A DNA stretch of 44,435 nucleotides from an uncultured Candidatus Nitrosopelagicus sp. (GCA_964557215.1 CAZKZG010000010.1:1-44435), one strand, 5' to 3'. Positions 26,054 through 36,294 are shown, counted from the stretch's first letter. Program-made: numbers and translations. Notes: generated by a model not told the origin, from the letters alone.

Positions 26054-27974
26054 CTTTATTCAACTTCACTACATTATTCTTCTCCCATCCATCTATTAAA
26101 CGTTTTGCTTCATCTTCTTGTAAACCTGCTTCTACTAACGCTTTTTGGAACTTTAATAATCTCACATTACCTTCTTCATCTTTACAAGTATTCCATATTT
26201 GTAAAGCATCATGTTGTTTGGTATTTTTCTTATCAAAGAAAATTTGTTGTTGTAATGAGCCAGTATCTAATGATTGACCAAATGCTTCATACATAATTTT
26301 AATAAGACTCTCAATATTTTCTATATCAGAGATTCTAACTTCTTCACGTAAATTAAGTTTTGCATAAGCCATAGAAAGTCTAACTAATGCTTCAAGTTGT
26401 CTTGTACCAACTGGCATTTCTGATTGAGCAGAAGCACTTCTCATTTTTTCATATATGTTTAAAAGTTTCGACCTTGACTCTTCAAGTAAAACAGGTTTTA
26501 GTTTTCTTGCATAATTCAAATATGACATTAAATGCTCACTATCAAAATAAGTAGAAATATCTTTTTGTGTAAACGAATTTAAAATATGGTTTGCTTTCTC
26601 CATATCTTCTGTTACATGAACCCTATCCTTTATCAACCAAATCATATCAAATCTACTAAGTAATGGTGCTGGAATATCTATATTATCTCTCAACGTAACA
26701 TCACTATCATACATACCATATTTTGGATTGGCTGCTGCCAAAATAGAAGTTCTTGTTGGTAATGTCATTTGAATCCCTGCTTTAGCAATACTTACAGTTT
26801 GCTGTTCCATAGCTTCATGCATTGAGCTTCTATCTTCTTTATTCATTTTATCAAACTCATCAATAAATGCAAATCCATTATCACATATTGGTAATACACC
26901 TGCTTGTGCTACAAACTTTCCACTATCCATTTTTACCATACCAATAGTTAATCCAGCAGCACTAGAGCCACGACCACTTGTATATATTGACCTGTTTGTT
27001 ACGGTCTTTGCAAATTTCAAAAGCTCTGATTTTGCCATACTAGGATCACCGACCAATAATGTATTAATATCACCACGTTTGTTTGTTCTTACACCACCAA
27101 CGAGTTCTAATAAAATAGCTAATTTTATATCTCTATATCCATAAATATGTGGTGCAAATGATCCAATAATATCATCAATAAAAGAATCTTTTCCACTATC
27201 CTCGATTATTTTTGCCAATTCTTCCTTAGAAGGCTCGGTTGGTTTGTTTTCTTCTAGATTATCAAGACATAAAATATCAATAAAAATCTCATTCTCATTA
27301 CTTTTTAAGTCAACAATACTTCTAAATAACCCTGTTATTCTTTTACGCTGACCAACAAATGACGTTCTTACATTATTACCAACCATCTTACCTGTTAAAA
27401 TAACAGGTGAACTATTCTCTGAATCTTCCATAAACTGTTGCATTAATATGGTTTGAATATCATCAGTAATTATACTCTTAGTATCAACCCCCATCTTTAA
27501 ATTCTTACAAGGAGGGTTTGGACAAAATGGTTGTGCTATCTTTCTATCCAAATTACAATTAATTTTCACATCTCTACCACATGAATCACATATGAAGTTA
27601 GCAGATTTAACATATGTTTTAGGTAAATCAGTTGCTATAATCTGACAATCAAAAGTGATTGTTGTGTTCTCATGTTTAGAAGTAATATCATGCATTTGAA
27701 TTAACTTATCAGTAGTTAATTTTATCACCAAATCACTATAAGCACTCTTTATCATGGCTAAATTACCACGTTTTTCTGCTAAAACACTAAATATAGCATC
27801 CTTTAAAACATCAATAAAATTCTTTGCATCTTCTAAATAAACATCTAAAAATGGTTCTTCTGAAGGATTGAAAGAAAAAGTAGAGTTAGGTCTAAGTCCG
27901 TCAATAGTATCAATGTACTTATTGTCGTATAGACCTTGTTTAATAAGGTCAAACTTAGCCGATTCTGTCATCAT
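26031..27974 (-). CDS. mcm: MCM replicative helicase
   Basis: Zn finger CDSC...CPNPPC, GDPSMAKS, GSSAAGLT, IDEFDKM, HEAMEQQ, AAANP, LLSRFD, TRQLEAL. Confidence 0.95.
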   Translation of the reverse strand: MMTESAKFDLIKQGLYDNKYIDTIDGLRPNSTFSFNPSEEPFLDVYLEDAKNFIDVLKDAIFSVLAEKRGNLAMIKSAYSDLVIKLTTDKLIQMHDITSKHENTTITFDCQIIATDLPKTYVKSANFICDSCGRDVKINCNLDRKIAQPFCPNPPCKNLKMGVDTKSIITDDIQTILMQQFMEDSENSSPVILTGKMVGNNVRTSFVGQRKRITGLFRSIVDLKSNENEIFIDILCLDNLEENKPTEPSKEELAKIIEDSGKDSFIDDIIGSFAPHIYGYRDIKLAILLELVGGVRTNKRGDINTLLVGDPSMAKSELLKFAKTVTNRSIYTSGRGSSAAGLTIGMVKMDSGKFVAQAGVLPICDNGFAFIDEFDKMNKEDRSSMHEAMEQQTVSIAKAGIQMTLPTRTSILAAANPKYGMYDSDVTLRDNIDIPAPLLSRFDMIWLIKDRVHVTEDMEKANHILNSFTQKDISTYFDSEHLMSYLNYARKLKPVLLEESRSKLLNIYEKMRSASAQSEMPVGTRQLEALVRLSMAYAKLNLREEVRISDIENIESLIKIMYEAFGQSLDTGSLQQQIFFDKKNTKQHDALQIWNTCKDEEGNVRLLKFQKALVEAGLQEDEAKRLIDGWEKNNVVKLNKDGSYKRI

Positions 27975-28303
27975 AATCTTTTTGACACCTCCTTTCTAAC
28001 TAAGTTTGAAACTTGCGTTAAACGATCTTGTAATTTTATGAGATCATCATTTGATAATCCATTTATACATACATTCCATTTCTCCATAGTAGCCATCATT
28101 AATGGAAACTTTGAAGATATTGCAACTGAATCAAACTCAGTTATTTTAGAATTTTTTCCAGAGTGGTTTTTCACATATTCGTCAACTGCTATTGCAAGTA
28201 GTAAACTGTATGAAAGATGTGATGGTCTAATTTTTTCTAATGACTCAAAAATTGGTTTTGTTTTTTCGCCAATAGAAATTGTTGTTGTTTTCCTAAAATT
28301 CAT
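27971..28303 (-). CDS. Ribbon-helix-helix-like DNA-binding protein
   Basis: N-terminal strand RKTTTISI followed by two helices; leaderless start after TTATAAAA. Confidence 0.5.
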   Translation of the reverse strand: MNFRKTTTISIGEKTKPIFESLEKIRPSHLSYSLLLAIAVDEYVKNHSGKNSKITEFDSVAISSKFPLMMATMEKWNVCINGLSNDDLIKLQDRLTQVSNLVRKEVSKRL

Positions 28304-28355
28304 AATAATGATATGTGTATTTGTTTTATAAGTCTTTCTACTAAAATTGATCAAG

Positions 28356-28480
28356 AGTTAATTAAGTATAAGCTGAAAGAAAAAGTTACTTAAGTTAAGT
28401 AAAGTAAGGTTAAAGCTTGAGTTACTTAACATTTAGTTAAGCAATAAAGAGAAGTTAAGTTACTTAAGTTAGTTAACAAA
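28356..28480. repeat. AT-rich iteron-like repeat cluster
   Basis: AGTTACTTAA at 28384, 28420 and 28458, variant AGTTAATTAA at 28356, plus many GTTAA units. Confidence 0.7.
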
Positions 28481-28665
28481 CTTATGCATTAAGCTCTAAC
28501 TCTGGACAAACGTTTTTACTAACAAATCCATTTATAAAACCTTGAACTTTTGTTGACTCTACAACTGTCTCTTTTATCTCTCCCTTTGAATTTTTCCAAG
28601 AAATCTTGATAAACATAAAGTTGATATGTTGAGGGACTATTTAATTATTTCTAATTATAACAGAG

Positions 28666-28950
28666 TTATAATCTTTTGAAAACTCTGGCTTTTGCTCTTG
28701 CACCTGACTTGTATTTAAGTACTTTGTTTTCTGAAGCAAACAATCCTTTTTTTTCCAAGTCAACTAAGTGCATTAATGCATTTCTAGGTGTTATACCAAG
28801 GGCTTTACTAATGATGTTAGCATATGTTGTCTTACCTTTTGGTACTGATTCTAATATATGTTCAGGCGTTGATTTAACTACAAATACATCTTCACAATCT
28901 TCTAAAGCGATAACGTATTTTGTCTTTGTTGGTTTCAAACGTAACTCCAC
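28666..28950 (-). CDS. Winged-HTH protein
   Basis: ANIISKALGITPRNALMHLVDLEKKGL...ARVF. Confidence 0.7.
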   Translation of the reverse strand: MELRLKPTKTKYVIALEDCEDVFVVKSTPEHILESVPKGKTTYANIISKALGITPRNALMHLVDLEKKGLFASENKVLKYKSGARAKARVFKRL

Positions 28951-29034
28951 CTCTTACTTTTAAAGCAATTCATACACATTCTTAACCCAACTTTTAAACA
29001 TTCTATTGATGGAGTTTCACCACATTCTTCACAC

Positions 29035-29874
29035 TTAGACAATTTGTGTCACCTTTGCTTTCATATCTATTTCTGCAATATGTTTTTTAATTATTATTTC
29101 ACCGTTTGGTTCAATGATTGTTTCAACCATTCCAATATCAGGTGTTGTACCTGCCACACCACCACGGAAAAGGTGTCCGTCAGGGTACTTCCATGCAGGT
29201 AATATAATTCCATGTGAATGTACAAATTCTACATGAACAAAATAGTGTACATGACTTCTTATAATAACATCTACTTTACCGAGTTTATCATATTCATAGT
29301 GCATATTTGCCATTTCTCTTGATAGTGCTGCTGCCCTTGTTTGTAATCCTTTACTAAATCCTATATGATGAGAATAATTGAAAACTTTACCATTTGCTTG
29401 TACGTTTGCAAACCAATCTGTTGCCCCACTACCACCATATGCTTTATATCTTATTGCACCAAGTCTATCTGCCATTATCTCTTCTATGTTTGTTGCATCT
29501 AACTGATCATGGTAAATTGAACCTCTTGTTAATAATATATCATCATAAGGTATTTTATCAATTAATTTAACACAATCATTCATTTGATCTTGTAGGTTTG
29601 TTGACCATGTTTCTTGACCTATTTGTTTCTTATTTGCTCCATCTATGGTTTCACCATTAATTACAAATAGATTAGGTTTTTGTTGTAAAGCATCAGGTAT
29701 TGAATTCCAATGTTTTAATAATGTTTTATTAATTATATTAGGTTTGTAGTATGAGCCTAGTTCACTTTGTTCTGGAGCTTCCGAACATACCGAGGTTCTT
29801 CCTCCAACGTGTATGTCACCACCATTCAAAAATGATTTTGAACTTTTACTTCTACCTTTAATCTTATAATTCAT
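29035..29874 (-). CDS. Calcineurin-like metallophosphoesterase
   Basis: GDIHVG, NGETIDG, RGSIYH, SHH, RSHVH. Confidence 0.75.
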   Translation of the reverse strand: MNYKIKGRSKSSKSFLNGGDIHVGGRTSVCSEAPEQSELGSYYKPNIINKTLLKHWNSIPDALQQKPNLFVINGETIDGANKKQIGQETWSTNLQDQMNDCVKLIDKIPYDDILLTRGSIYHDQLDATNIEEIMADRLGAIRYKAYGGSGATDWFANVQANGKVFNYSHHIGFSKGLQTRAAALSREMANMHYEYDKLGKVDVIIRSHVHYFVHVEFVHSHGIILPAWKYPDGHLFRGGVAGTTPDIGMVETIIEPNGEIIIKKHIAEIDMKAKVTQIV

Positions 29875-29876
29875 AG

Positions 29877-30275
29877 TTATTGTACTAACCCCTTCTTTAT
29901 AAGTCTATCCCAATGTTTTTTGAAGTGTGGATCACTAGACCAATTCTTTAAAACACTAGAATGAAACTCTCCACTTGTCTTATACATATAATCTAAATTT
30001 GTTAATATTTCTTTATTAGGATGATATGTTTTTACATGAATGTTATAGTCTTTTTCTGTTCTACATAATCCAAAATTTGATTCTAAACAATATTCACAAA
30101 GTCTTGGTTTTTCTTTTGGTTTAGTTATTATTGGTTTTGAGGAACTATTTCTAACACACCATTCACCTTTCTTATTCTTATGATCTATTAATTGCCATTT
30201 ACCAGTCTTTTCAAAGTGTTTTTTATTCCACCATAAACCTTTAACGCCACATTTATTACAAGTTTTATCCGTCAT
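29877..30275 (-). CDS. Zinc-finger protein
   Basis: CNKC...H..C, CEYC..C...HVKTYH; start reassigned to MTDKT. Confidence 0.65.
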   Translation of the reverse strand: MTDKTCNKCGVKGLWWNKKHFEKTGKWQLIDHKNKKGEWCVRNSSSKPIITKPKEKPRLCEYCLESNFGLCRTEKDYNIHVKTYHPNKEILTNLDYMYKTSGEFHSSVLKNWSSDPHFKKHWDRLIKKGLVQ

Positions 30276-30303
30276 AATTAAAAAAAAGAAAAAGAATGTA
30301 TTA

Positions 30304-30651
30304 CTATTCTTGAACTGTAGTGGTTTTAGGCTCGTACATTGACAATGCCAACATCTCTCTACCTGAACCCTCAGCTTCTTTAGTAATAACATATACTTCT
30401 AAACCATCAGATGCATCTTTGTCCACAGCCTTTTGAACTGTGTCAATCCAATATTTGGACTCTGCTTGACCAACTATTGTTTTTGCAAAAGAATATCTCA
30501 ATCCTTTAGTGGTTTGAATTTCTGCTACTTTTGATTGAATTTCTTCTGAGAACTTCACATTAAATTTTTGAACGAGTATTACTTCGCCTGCTTTTAATGG
30601 TGTTGATCTCTCAAAAGAGCCATCAATATCTAGTACTTCTGAAACTTTCAT
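30304..30651 (-). CDS. Hypothetical protein (possible OB-fold ssDNA-binding)
   Basis: 115 aa, beta-rich, in the replication block; function is a guess. Confidence 0.55.
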   Translation of the reverse strand: MKVSEVLDIDGSFERSTPLKAGEVILVQKFNVKFSEEIQSKVAEIQTTKGLRYSFAKTIVGQAESKYWIDTVQKAVDKDASDGLEVYVITKEAEGSGREMLALSMYEPKTTTVQE

Positions 30652-30686
30652 TCTTATATCTATAATATATAACGCCTTATATATAC

Positions 30687-31091
30687 TTATTGTTTTACCA
30701 TTTGAATTAATGACATAAGTTGATCCATCATTTTTGAACGTATTTGTCCAAAGCGATCACCATTAACATCTTCTTCTGGATAAACTGCTTTGGTTTTATG
30801 ATGTGCAACTAGGAAAAATTGATCCCAATATTCTGTTATTTTTTTCACTTCATCACTTACTGTAACATCTTCAGGTAGTTTTGTTACGATTGGTGTTTTA
30901 TTCCAACCACCTGTAAATGTTGTTTGTCCAGATTTAAATGGAGTGAATTTACCACCTTGTTCTTCAAAACAGGTCTTATTTACGCATATTGCTTTTGGTT
31001 CTTTTTGGTAAAAAATATCATCACCAACTTCCCATTCATTACCACATATTTTACAATTTCCAGCGTATTTGCCTTTTATCTTGGTACCCAT
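30687..31091 (-). CDS. Zinc-finger protein
   Basis: KYAGNCKICG...GDDI...CVNKTC. Confidence 0.7.
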   Translation of the reverse strand: MGTKIKGKYAGNCKICGNEWEVGDDIFYQKEPKAICVNKTCFEEQGGKFTPFKSGQTTFTGGWNKTPIVTKLPEDVTVSDEVKKITEYWDQFFLVAHHKTKAVYPEEDVNGDRFGQIRSKMMDQLMSLIQMVKQ

Positions 31092-31124
31092 GAAACTTAT
31101 AAGTTACTCGAATTTATAAATGTT

Positions 31125-31958
31125 ATGGATAATATAGAAAAAGCATTATGGATAATTCTTATATCAGCTTTAATTACTTTTGGTAGTGTGGTATCAGTTT
31201 TTGGACAATACCCAGAAAATGATAAATATGAATATTTGGGTATAAGACATGATGTACGACCACAAGTTTGTCTTTTTGAACCTAACCCTACTCATGTAGA
31301 TTGGAAGTATTGGAAAGAAGTAGAGTTTGAATCATGGAAAGCAATACTTGATTGGCAATTAGAAATGCAAGAGTTTCTACCTGAAGGTGATTGGAGTATG
31401 TATATACATTCAACAGTTCCTTACCATGAGCATTGGAATAAGACACCTGATGATTATAGACATTGTACTATTTTTTTAACATATGAAGCATGGAATGACG
31501 ATGAAGATAAGGCTTTAGGATATACAGGTATTGATTTTTCTAACAGTTCTCATAAATATACATTCATAGTTATATTCTTACACGCAACTAATGGTACTAG
31601 CTTAACATTAGATTTTGCTGATGGTTACAAAGATCCAGAAACAGGTGTTACTAAATTTGAGATTAATCTTGATAGAGAAGAACTACCATTACAAACTATT
31701 TACAATATAGTGTTACATGAAATGGGTCATGGTTTAGGTCTTGGACATTATGAAAGTGTGGCACCAAACGGATTATATAGATCAACAATGACACCTAGTT
31801 TAAAGCCATTTAGTGACGATGTGTTTGAAATAAAAATAGCAGATAAGTTTATGCTGGGTTATCTTTATGGTGTTGATGGCTATAAGAAACCACAACCACC
31901 TTGGATAGATGATTATTGTCTATTTGACCATGGAATAAAAGTTCTTGGTTGCTACTAA
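31125..31958 (+). CDS. Secreted/membrane-anchored metzincin (matrixin-like) protease
   Basis: N-terminal signal/TM segment; HEMGHGLGLGH and Met-turn STM; start reassigned to MDNIEK. Confidence 0.85.
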   Translation: MDNIEKALWIILISALITFGSVVSVFGQYPENDKYEYLGIRHDVRPQVCLFEPNPTHVDWKYWKEVEFESWKAILDWQLEMQEFLPEGDWSMYIHSTVPYHEHWNKTPDDYRHCTIFLTYEAWNDDEDKALGYTGIDFSNSSHKYTFIVIFLHATNGTSLTLDFADGYKDPETGVTKFEINLDREELPLQTIYNIVLHEMGHGLGLGHYESVAPNGLYRSTMTPSLKPFSDDVFEIKIADKFMLGYLYGVDGYKKPQPPWIDDYCLFDHGIKVLGCY

Positions 31959-31999
31959 ATCAACGAAAGACTTATATATTATTCTAATTATAAACTATT

Positions 32000-32215
32000 A
32001 TGGCAAGGCGTAAAATAGGTAATTCGCACACAACAATTTGTGTAACATGGGAAGATAAAGAGCTATTTAGAAAATTCGCTAAGTTTGTAAAGAAAACAAA
32101 AACTGGTGATTTATACGAAAGTGATGCTGTTCTTTTTCATAAACTTCTAGTAGAGTTTAAAAAAGATAATGTTGAAAGTGAAAGACCAAACACAACTTAT
32201 CCTACTAGAACATAA
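32000..32215 (+). CDS. Small RHH-like protein
   Basis: HTTICV strand plus helices; BRE/TATA gaaagacTTATATA upstream. Confidence 0.6.
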   Translation: MARRKIGNSHTTICVTWEDKELFRKFAKFVKKTKTGDLYESDAVLFHKLLVEFKKDNVESERPNTTYPTRT

Positions 32216-32344
32216 TTATTTTTTATTTTTAGCACAGTAAAGTTTTCTACACATGGGTGAACAGTAAATTCTTTGCCTACCCTTATATCTCCAAGGTAAA
32301 ATGGCACCACATTCTATACAGTTGTGAGTATCATCTTTTCTCAT
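32216..32344 (-). CDS. Zinc-finger micro-protein (42 aa)
   Basis: CIECG...YCSPMCR. Confidence 0.6.
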   Translation of the reverse strand: MRKDDTHNCIECGAILPWRYKGRQRIYCSPMCRKLYCAKNKK

Positions 32345-32382
32345 AAGTTATGTATATAAAGGTATTATTTAAGGGTTTATAA

Positions 32383-34212
32383 CTATGCTTTATCAGTTTG
32401 AGGGTTGTATGACCTATAGTTTGGGTCTTTTGCTACTTTTTTATTATGTTCTGCCATACCTCTTGCATGAGCTTCTGGATCATCATAAACGTTTTCTATA
32501 CTTCCATCTCTATGTATGATTCCACCAGTAGGTTTTGGCATAGATCCTCTTGCTTTTGGATTATCTTTTGGTTTTCGTTTGAACGGATTACTTATTTTAC
32601 TTACTTCTTTATTAGTCTTAAGTATGTTTTGTTGTATTAATTCTAATTTTATCTGTTCAAGTGATTTTTTCTTTAATTTCTTCTTGGCACTTGCTCTTCT
32701 GTTTTTCTCTGTTCTTTTGATATATTTTTCTTTTTCTTCAGGGGTCATCTTTTTAAACTTTTCTCTAGCTGCTTTTGAACCAATACCTTTTGCAAATTTA
32801 CCATGAGCAGTTTCTTGTTTTAATCTAGCAATCTCTTTTTTACTAAATTCTTCATCTGCTCTTTTTTTCTCTTCTTTTTCAGCTTGTTGTTTTTTATCTT
32901 CACGACCTTGTGCTGTGTTTTCAAGATAATCTTCTTTAGTTGTAGATTCATCAGAGCCAGAATATCCACTACTTGTGTCACCTTCTGCTGTATGTTGCTC
33001 ATATTTTGAACTGTGAGATTGTTCATAGTCTTTTAATTCTTTAATTTTCTTTGATTTTTCTTCTTCTGAACCTGTATGAGATGTTACGGAATCTCTTAGT
33101 CGTTTTAATTCTTTAAGGTTTGCACTTTCTTTTGGTGGCACCTTATGTGTACTTAGATATTCATGGGCTTCTTTTCCCTTACCACCAGTTCTTCCACTAG
33201 TCCCATATTTATTACCAGTTAGTTTAATATTTGAAGGAACTTCAGCAACTTTTCCATCTTGTCCTTGCATTTTAGTTGGTATTTTTGCTACTCTTTTACG
33301 CATAAGATGTTTTCCACCACCACTACTAGGTGTTTGCCCAGTGTTGGTTCGTAAGTGTTTATCTTCCTTAACACCTTGTTTACTATCAGCTCCTATTAGA
33401 CCCTGTAATTTTTTAGTATCTGCTGCTGTAGGCTCTTTCACCTCTCCTTGATTAAAACCTACTTCTTGTACTTTGTTTACAAATGAGGACTTTAACTTTA
33501 AAAGCTTACATTTCATTAATATCTCATCTATTGATCTTTTAATTTCTCTCTTTACATTTGTATGTTTATCTTCACTTTCTGTGTTTACTGTACCAATACT
33601 ACCTTCTGGAACTACTGCTCCAGCCCAACCTTTTGGAAGTGTGGCAGATGATGGGTTAGTGGTTGGTTGGTTTTGATCTATTGGTTTTACTTCACCTTTT
33701 GGGTGTGAAGCAGTTTCTCTTGCTGAAAGTGGATTCAACCCAGCTCTTTGGGTGTTTGCTCTTTTTGCTTGTTGTTCTTTAGTTTCTTTTAATGCTTTTG
33801 CATCTCTTGCTTTTGCATCTGCAATATCAATTTTAGTATTAGTATCTATTTTATCAGGTAATAGTTTTTCTCTCTGTTTTGGACTTTCTTGTTTACCACC
33901 TGTTTGTACTTCTGAAGAAGGTTTAGTTATTGTCTCTTCAGTTATTTCTGCTGGTGGTGCTTTTGCATCTTCTTTTTCTTTGTCTTTTTCTTTTTGATAT
34001 TCTTCATGTGCTTCCAGTTGTGCTTTTGACCATTTACCTTCACCAGCAGGATTTTTGAATTTTTTACCTTTACCTTTCTTACCTTTAGGTTTCTTTTTTG
34101 GTAAAGTTTTAGGATCTTTCGATGCTACATATTCTTGTTCTGCTGGAGCTTTAATAATTTCATATCTTATTCCCCAAGTATTGAGATTAATCTCAGGTTC
34201 GCCTACGGTCAT
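32383..34212 (-). CDS. Lys-rich low-complexity protein (putative internal head protein)
   Basis: 609 aa, largely disordered and basic; function inferred. Confidence 0.65.
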   Translation of the reverse strand: MTVGEPEINLNTWGIRYEIIKAPAEQEYVASKDPKTLPKKKPKGKKGKGKKFKNPAGEGKWSKAQLEAHEEYQKEKDKEKEDAKAPPAEITEETITKPSSEVQTGGKQESPKQREKLLPDKIDTNTKIDIADAKARDAKALKETKEQQAKRANTQRAGLNPLSARETASHPKGEVKPIDQNQPTTNPSSATLPKGWAGAVVPEGSIGTVNTESEDKHTNVKREIKRSIDEILMKCKLLKLKSSFVNKVQEVGFNQGEVKEPTAADTKKLQGLIGADSKQGVKEDKHLRTNTGQTPSSGGGKHLMRKRVAKIPTKMQGQDGKVAEVPSNIKLTGNKYGTSGRTGGKGKEAHEYLSTHKVPPKESANLKELKRLRDSVTSHTGSEEEKSKKIKELKDYEQSHSSKYEQHTAEGDTSSGYSGSDESTTKEDYLENTAQGREDKKQQAEKEEKKRADEEFSKKEIARLKQETAHGKFAKGIGSKAAREKFKKMTPEEKEKYIKRTEKNRRASAKKKLKKKSLEQIKLELIQQNILKTNKEVSKISNPFKRKPKDNPKARGSMPKPTGGIIHRDGSIENVYDDPEAHARGMAEHNKKVAKDPNYRSYNPQTDKA

Positions 34213-35234
34213 TCTCTTCTCTCTTCTTTTTCGTCTTCGTCTTCTTTACGTTCTTTTTTATCTTTCTCTTGATCTCTGTAACGACCTTTACTATCAGAAT
34301 ATCTTGCATTATAAACACCAGTTGTTTCTGTTGAAGTTACGCCACTATTACCAGCACCGTCACCTTCTTTTGCTAACAACCATGCTTCCCATAAATCATT
34401 TGGTTGTATTTCGCCTGCATTTTTAAGGTCTTCTTCTTGTAATTTTTTACCTGCTTCACCTCTTCCCAATAATTTTCCAGTGGTTGATCTGTATTCTGTA
34501 TTCTCATCACCTACTGCTCGGTCATTATGTGAAAGTTTTCCACCATATGTATCTGCCATTTCACTTGATGTTATTCCACCACTAAGACTTGGGTTATTAA
34601 CAAATTTGTTTCCACCTTGTTGAATTTTATTTACATAATTTTTCTGTTTATCATCATTACCACCATTCTTTCTCCAATCTTCATTCATATCATCTTTATC
34701 TTCTTTATGTGATTCTTCAATACCATTATTTTTTTCTACTTTAGGTTTCTTATCTTCTAATTTAAATTCTTCTTTTGTTTGCTTGTCTCTATCATCTGAT
34801 TCACCTTTATAGTCTTCAGGTGTTTCTACATCTGTATCTGTTGACACACCTGCTCTATTTCCACCTATTTGACCATGTGTTGATTCTTCAATGTTTGTTT
34901 TTGCTAAAATATTTTTAAGTTCTTCTGGAAGTTGTTCCCATGTTTTTGATAGAAATCTTGGGCTAAATGCGTGAGCCTTTACTAATTCATCTGTTTTTTC
35001 CTCAAGTGTCATGGAATTCCATGTTTTGTTTGTTAGTATATCTTTTACAAAAAAGGTATCATTTATATGAATTTCATCAATAACCCCAGAATCTTTTAAA
35101 ACAGATAAATATGCATTATTCATCTTAACAACAACTCCACGGTCTTCTTTACCATTTACATAGAAATGAATATTATCTCCTATTTTTGTGTGAGTTATCT
35201 TGTTTATATCTTCCATCTTACTCATCTTTTTCAC
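34209..35234 (-). CDS. Charged protein with N-terminal SH3/KOW-like barrel (putative internal head protein)
   Basis: KIGDNIHF...RGVVVK; WEAWLLAK motif. Confidence 0.65.
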   Translation of the reverse strand: MKKMSKMEDINKITHTKIGDNIHFYVNGKEDRGVVVKMNNAYLSVLKDSGVIDEIHINDTFFVKDILTNKTWNSMTLEEKTDELVKAHAFSPRFLSKTWEQLPEELKNILAKTNIEESTHGQIGGNRAGVSTDTDVETPEDYKGESDDRDKQTKEEFKLEDKKPKVEKNNGIEESHKEDKDDMNEDWRKNGGNDDKQKNYVNKIQQGGNKFVNNPSLSGGITSSEMADTYGGKLSHNDRAVGDENTEYRSTTGKLLGRGEAGKKLQEEDLKNAGEIQPNDLWEAWLLAKEGDGAGNSGVTSTETTGVYNARYSDSKGRYRDQEKDKKERKEDEDEKEERRE

Positions 35235-36294
35235 GCTTTCTTTCTATATAAGGTTTATTATCCTCTTTCTCTTCTTTTTCCTTTTCTAATGAAAAATCAT
35301 CTTTTGATGTTTGTAAAACCCTAGGATCTTCAAAGCCAGTTTCATGTGGATTACCATATCTTGCATCTCCCTGACCCTGATCTTTTCTCAATTCTAGCCA
35401 ATTTTCCCATGATTTGTCCTTCAAAGCCCTCCAATGTATAGGCTTATTTATGTGAGTTTGATAATTATTGTCTTTATTTGGTGATTCTGCGTGTTCTTTC
35501 TGTGGAACTTTGTTTTTTTTCTCTAACCATTCTTCCCATGCTTTTTGTTTTATCTTTCTTTTCTTTTTACGTGCTTCTATGGCTTCAGGTGTGTTGAATT
35601 CTTCTGCTTCCTTTGCATTGAATTCTGCATCTAGTTCTTTTTGTGTTTTTGGTACTACTCTTGTGCTACCAGCCCCACTATGTTCATGTTCTGGGTCTTT
35701 TAAATATTGTAATTCTATACCTTTTGGAAGATTTTTAACATTTTCAGGCTTTAAGTAATTACTTGTACTTCTACCTGTTTGTGTACTTCTACGCAGTTTT
35801 GTGCCTGTTACTGCTGGTTTCTCATCTCTTGTGTTTGCAAAATGACCTTTTATTCTTTTTGGTGCATTTGTTATATTCATCTGTGTTATATCACTAGCTG
35901 TGTCACCTTCTTTTTGTTGTGCCACATCAACTCCTTCAGTTCCACCCATAGCTTTTTCTAACCATATTTCCCATGATTTTTTCTTCTCTACTTCTTCTAA
36001 TTCACCATCTGTTAATTCTTCCAAGTCTTCTTCTTCGTCCATAGCCTGATTTTTACCTTCTGTGGCTTCATATAATTTTATTTGGTCTTCTCCTTGATCT
36101 GCAATAAATTCTTTTTCTCTCTCCAATTCTGTTATACGTTTTGGGCTAAGTTTTGGTTTTGACATTTTTCTAGTTTTAGGAATACTTCGTCCTTTTCCAC
36201 TTCTATTTGATACTTCTGCGAGTTTTTCCTTCATAGCATCTAGTTTAGCTTGTGTTGCTCGTATCTCTGGATTTGATGAAGCCCTTTTTACCAT
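35218..36294 (-). CDS. Charged protein with three K[SA]WExWLE repeats (putative internal head protein)
   Basis: KSWEIWLEK, KAWEEWLEK, KSWENWLEL; own TATA upstream. Confidence 0.7.
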   Translation of the reverse strand: MVKRASSNPEIRATQAKLDAMKEKLAEVSNRSGKGRSIPKTRKMSKPKLSPKRITELEREKEFIADQGEDQIKLYEATEGKNQAMDEEEDLEELTDGELEEVEKKKSWEIWLEKAMGGTEGVDVAQQKEGDTASDITQMNITNAPKRIKGHFANTRDEKPAVTGTKLRRSTQTGRSTSNYLKPENVKNLPKGIELQYLKDPEHEHSGAGSTRVVPKTQKELDAEFNAKEAEEFNTPEAIEARKKKRKIKQKAWEEWLEKKNKVPQKEHAESPNKDNNYQTHINKPIHWRALKDKSWENWLELRKDQGQGDARYGNPHETGFEDPRVLQTSKDDFSLEKEKEEKEDNKPYIERKREKDE

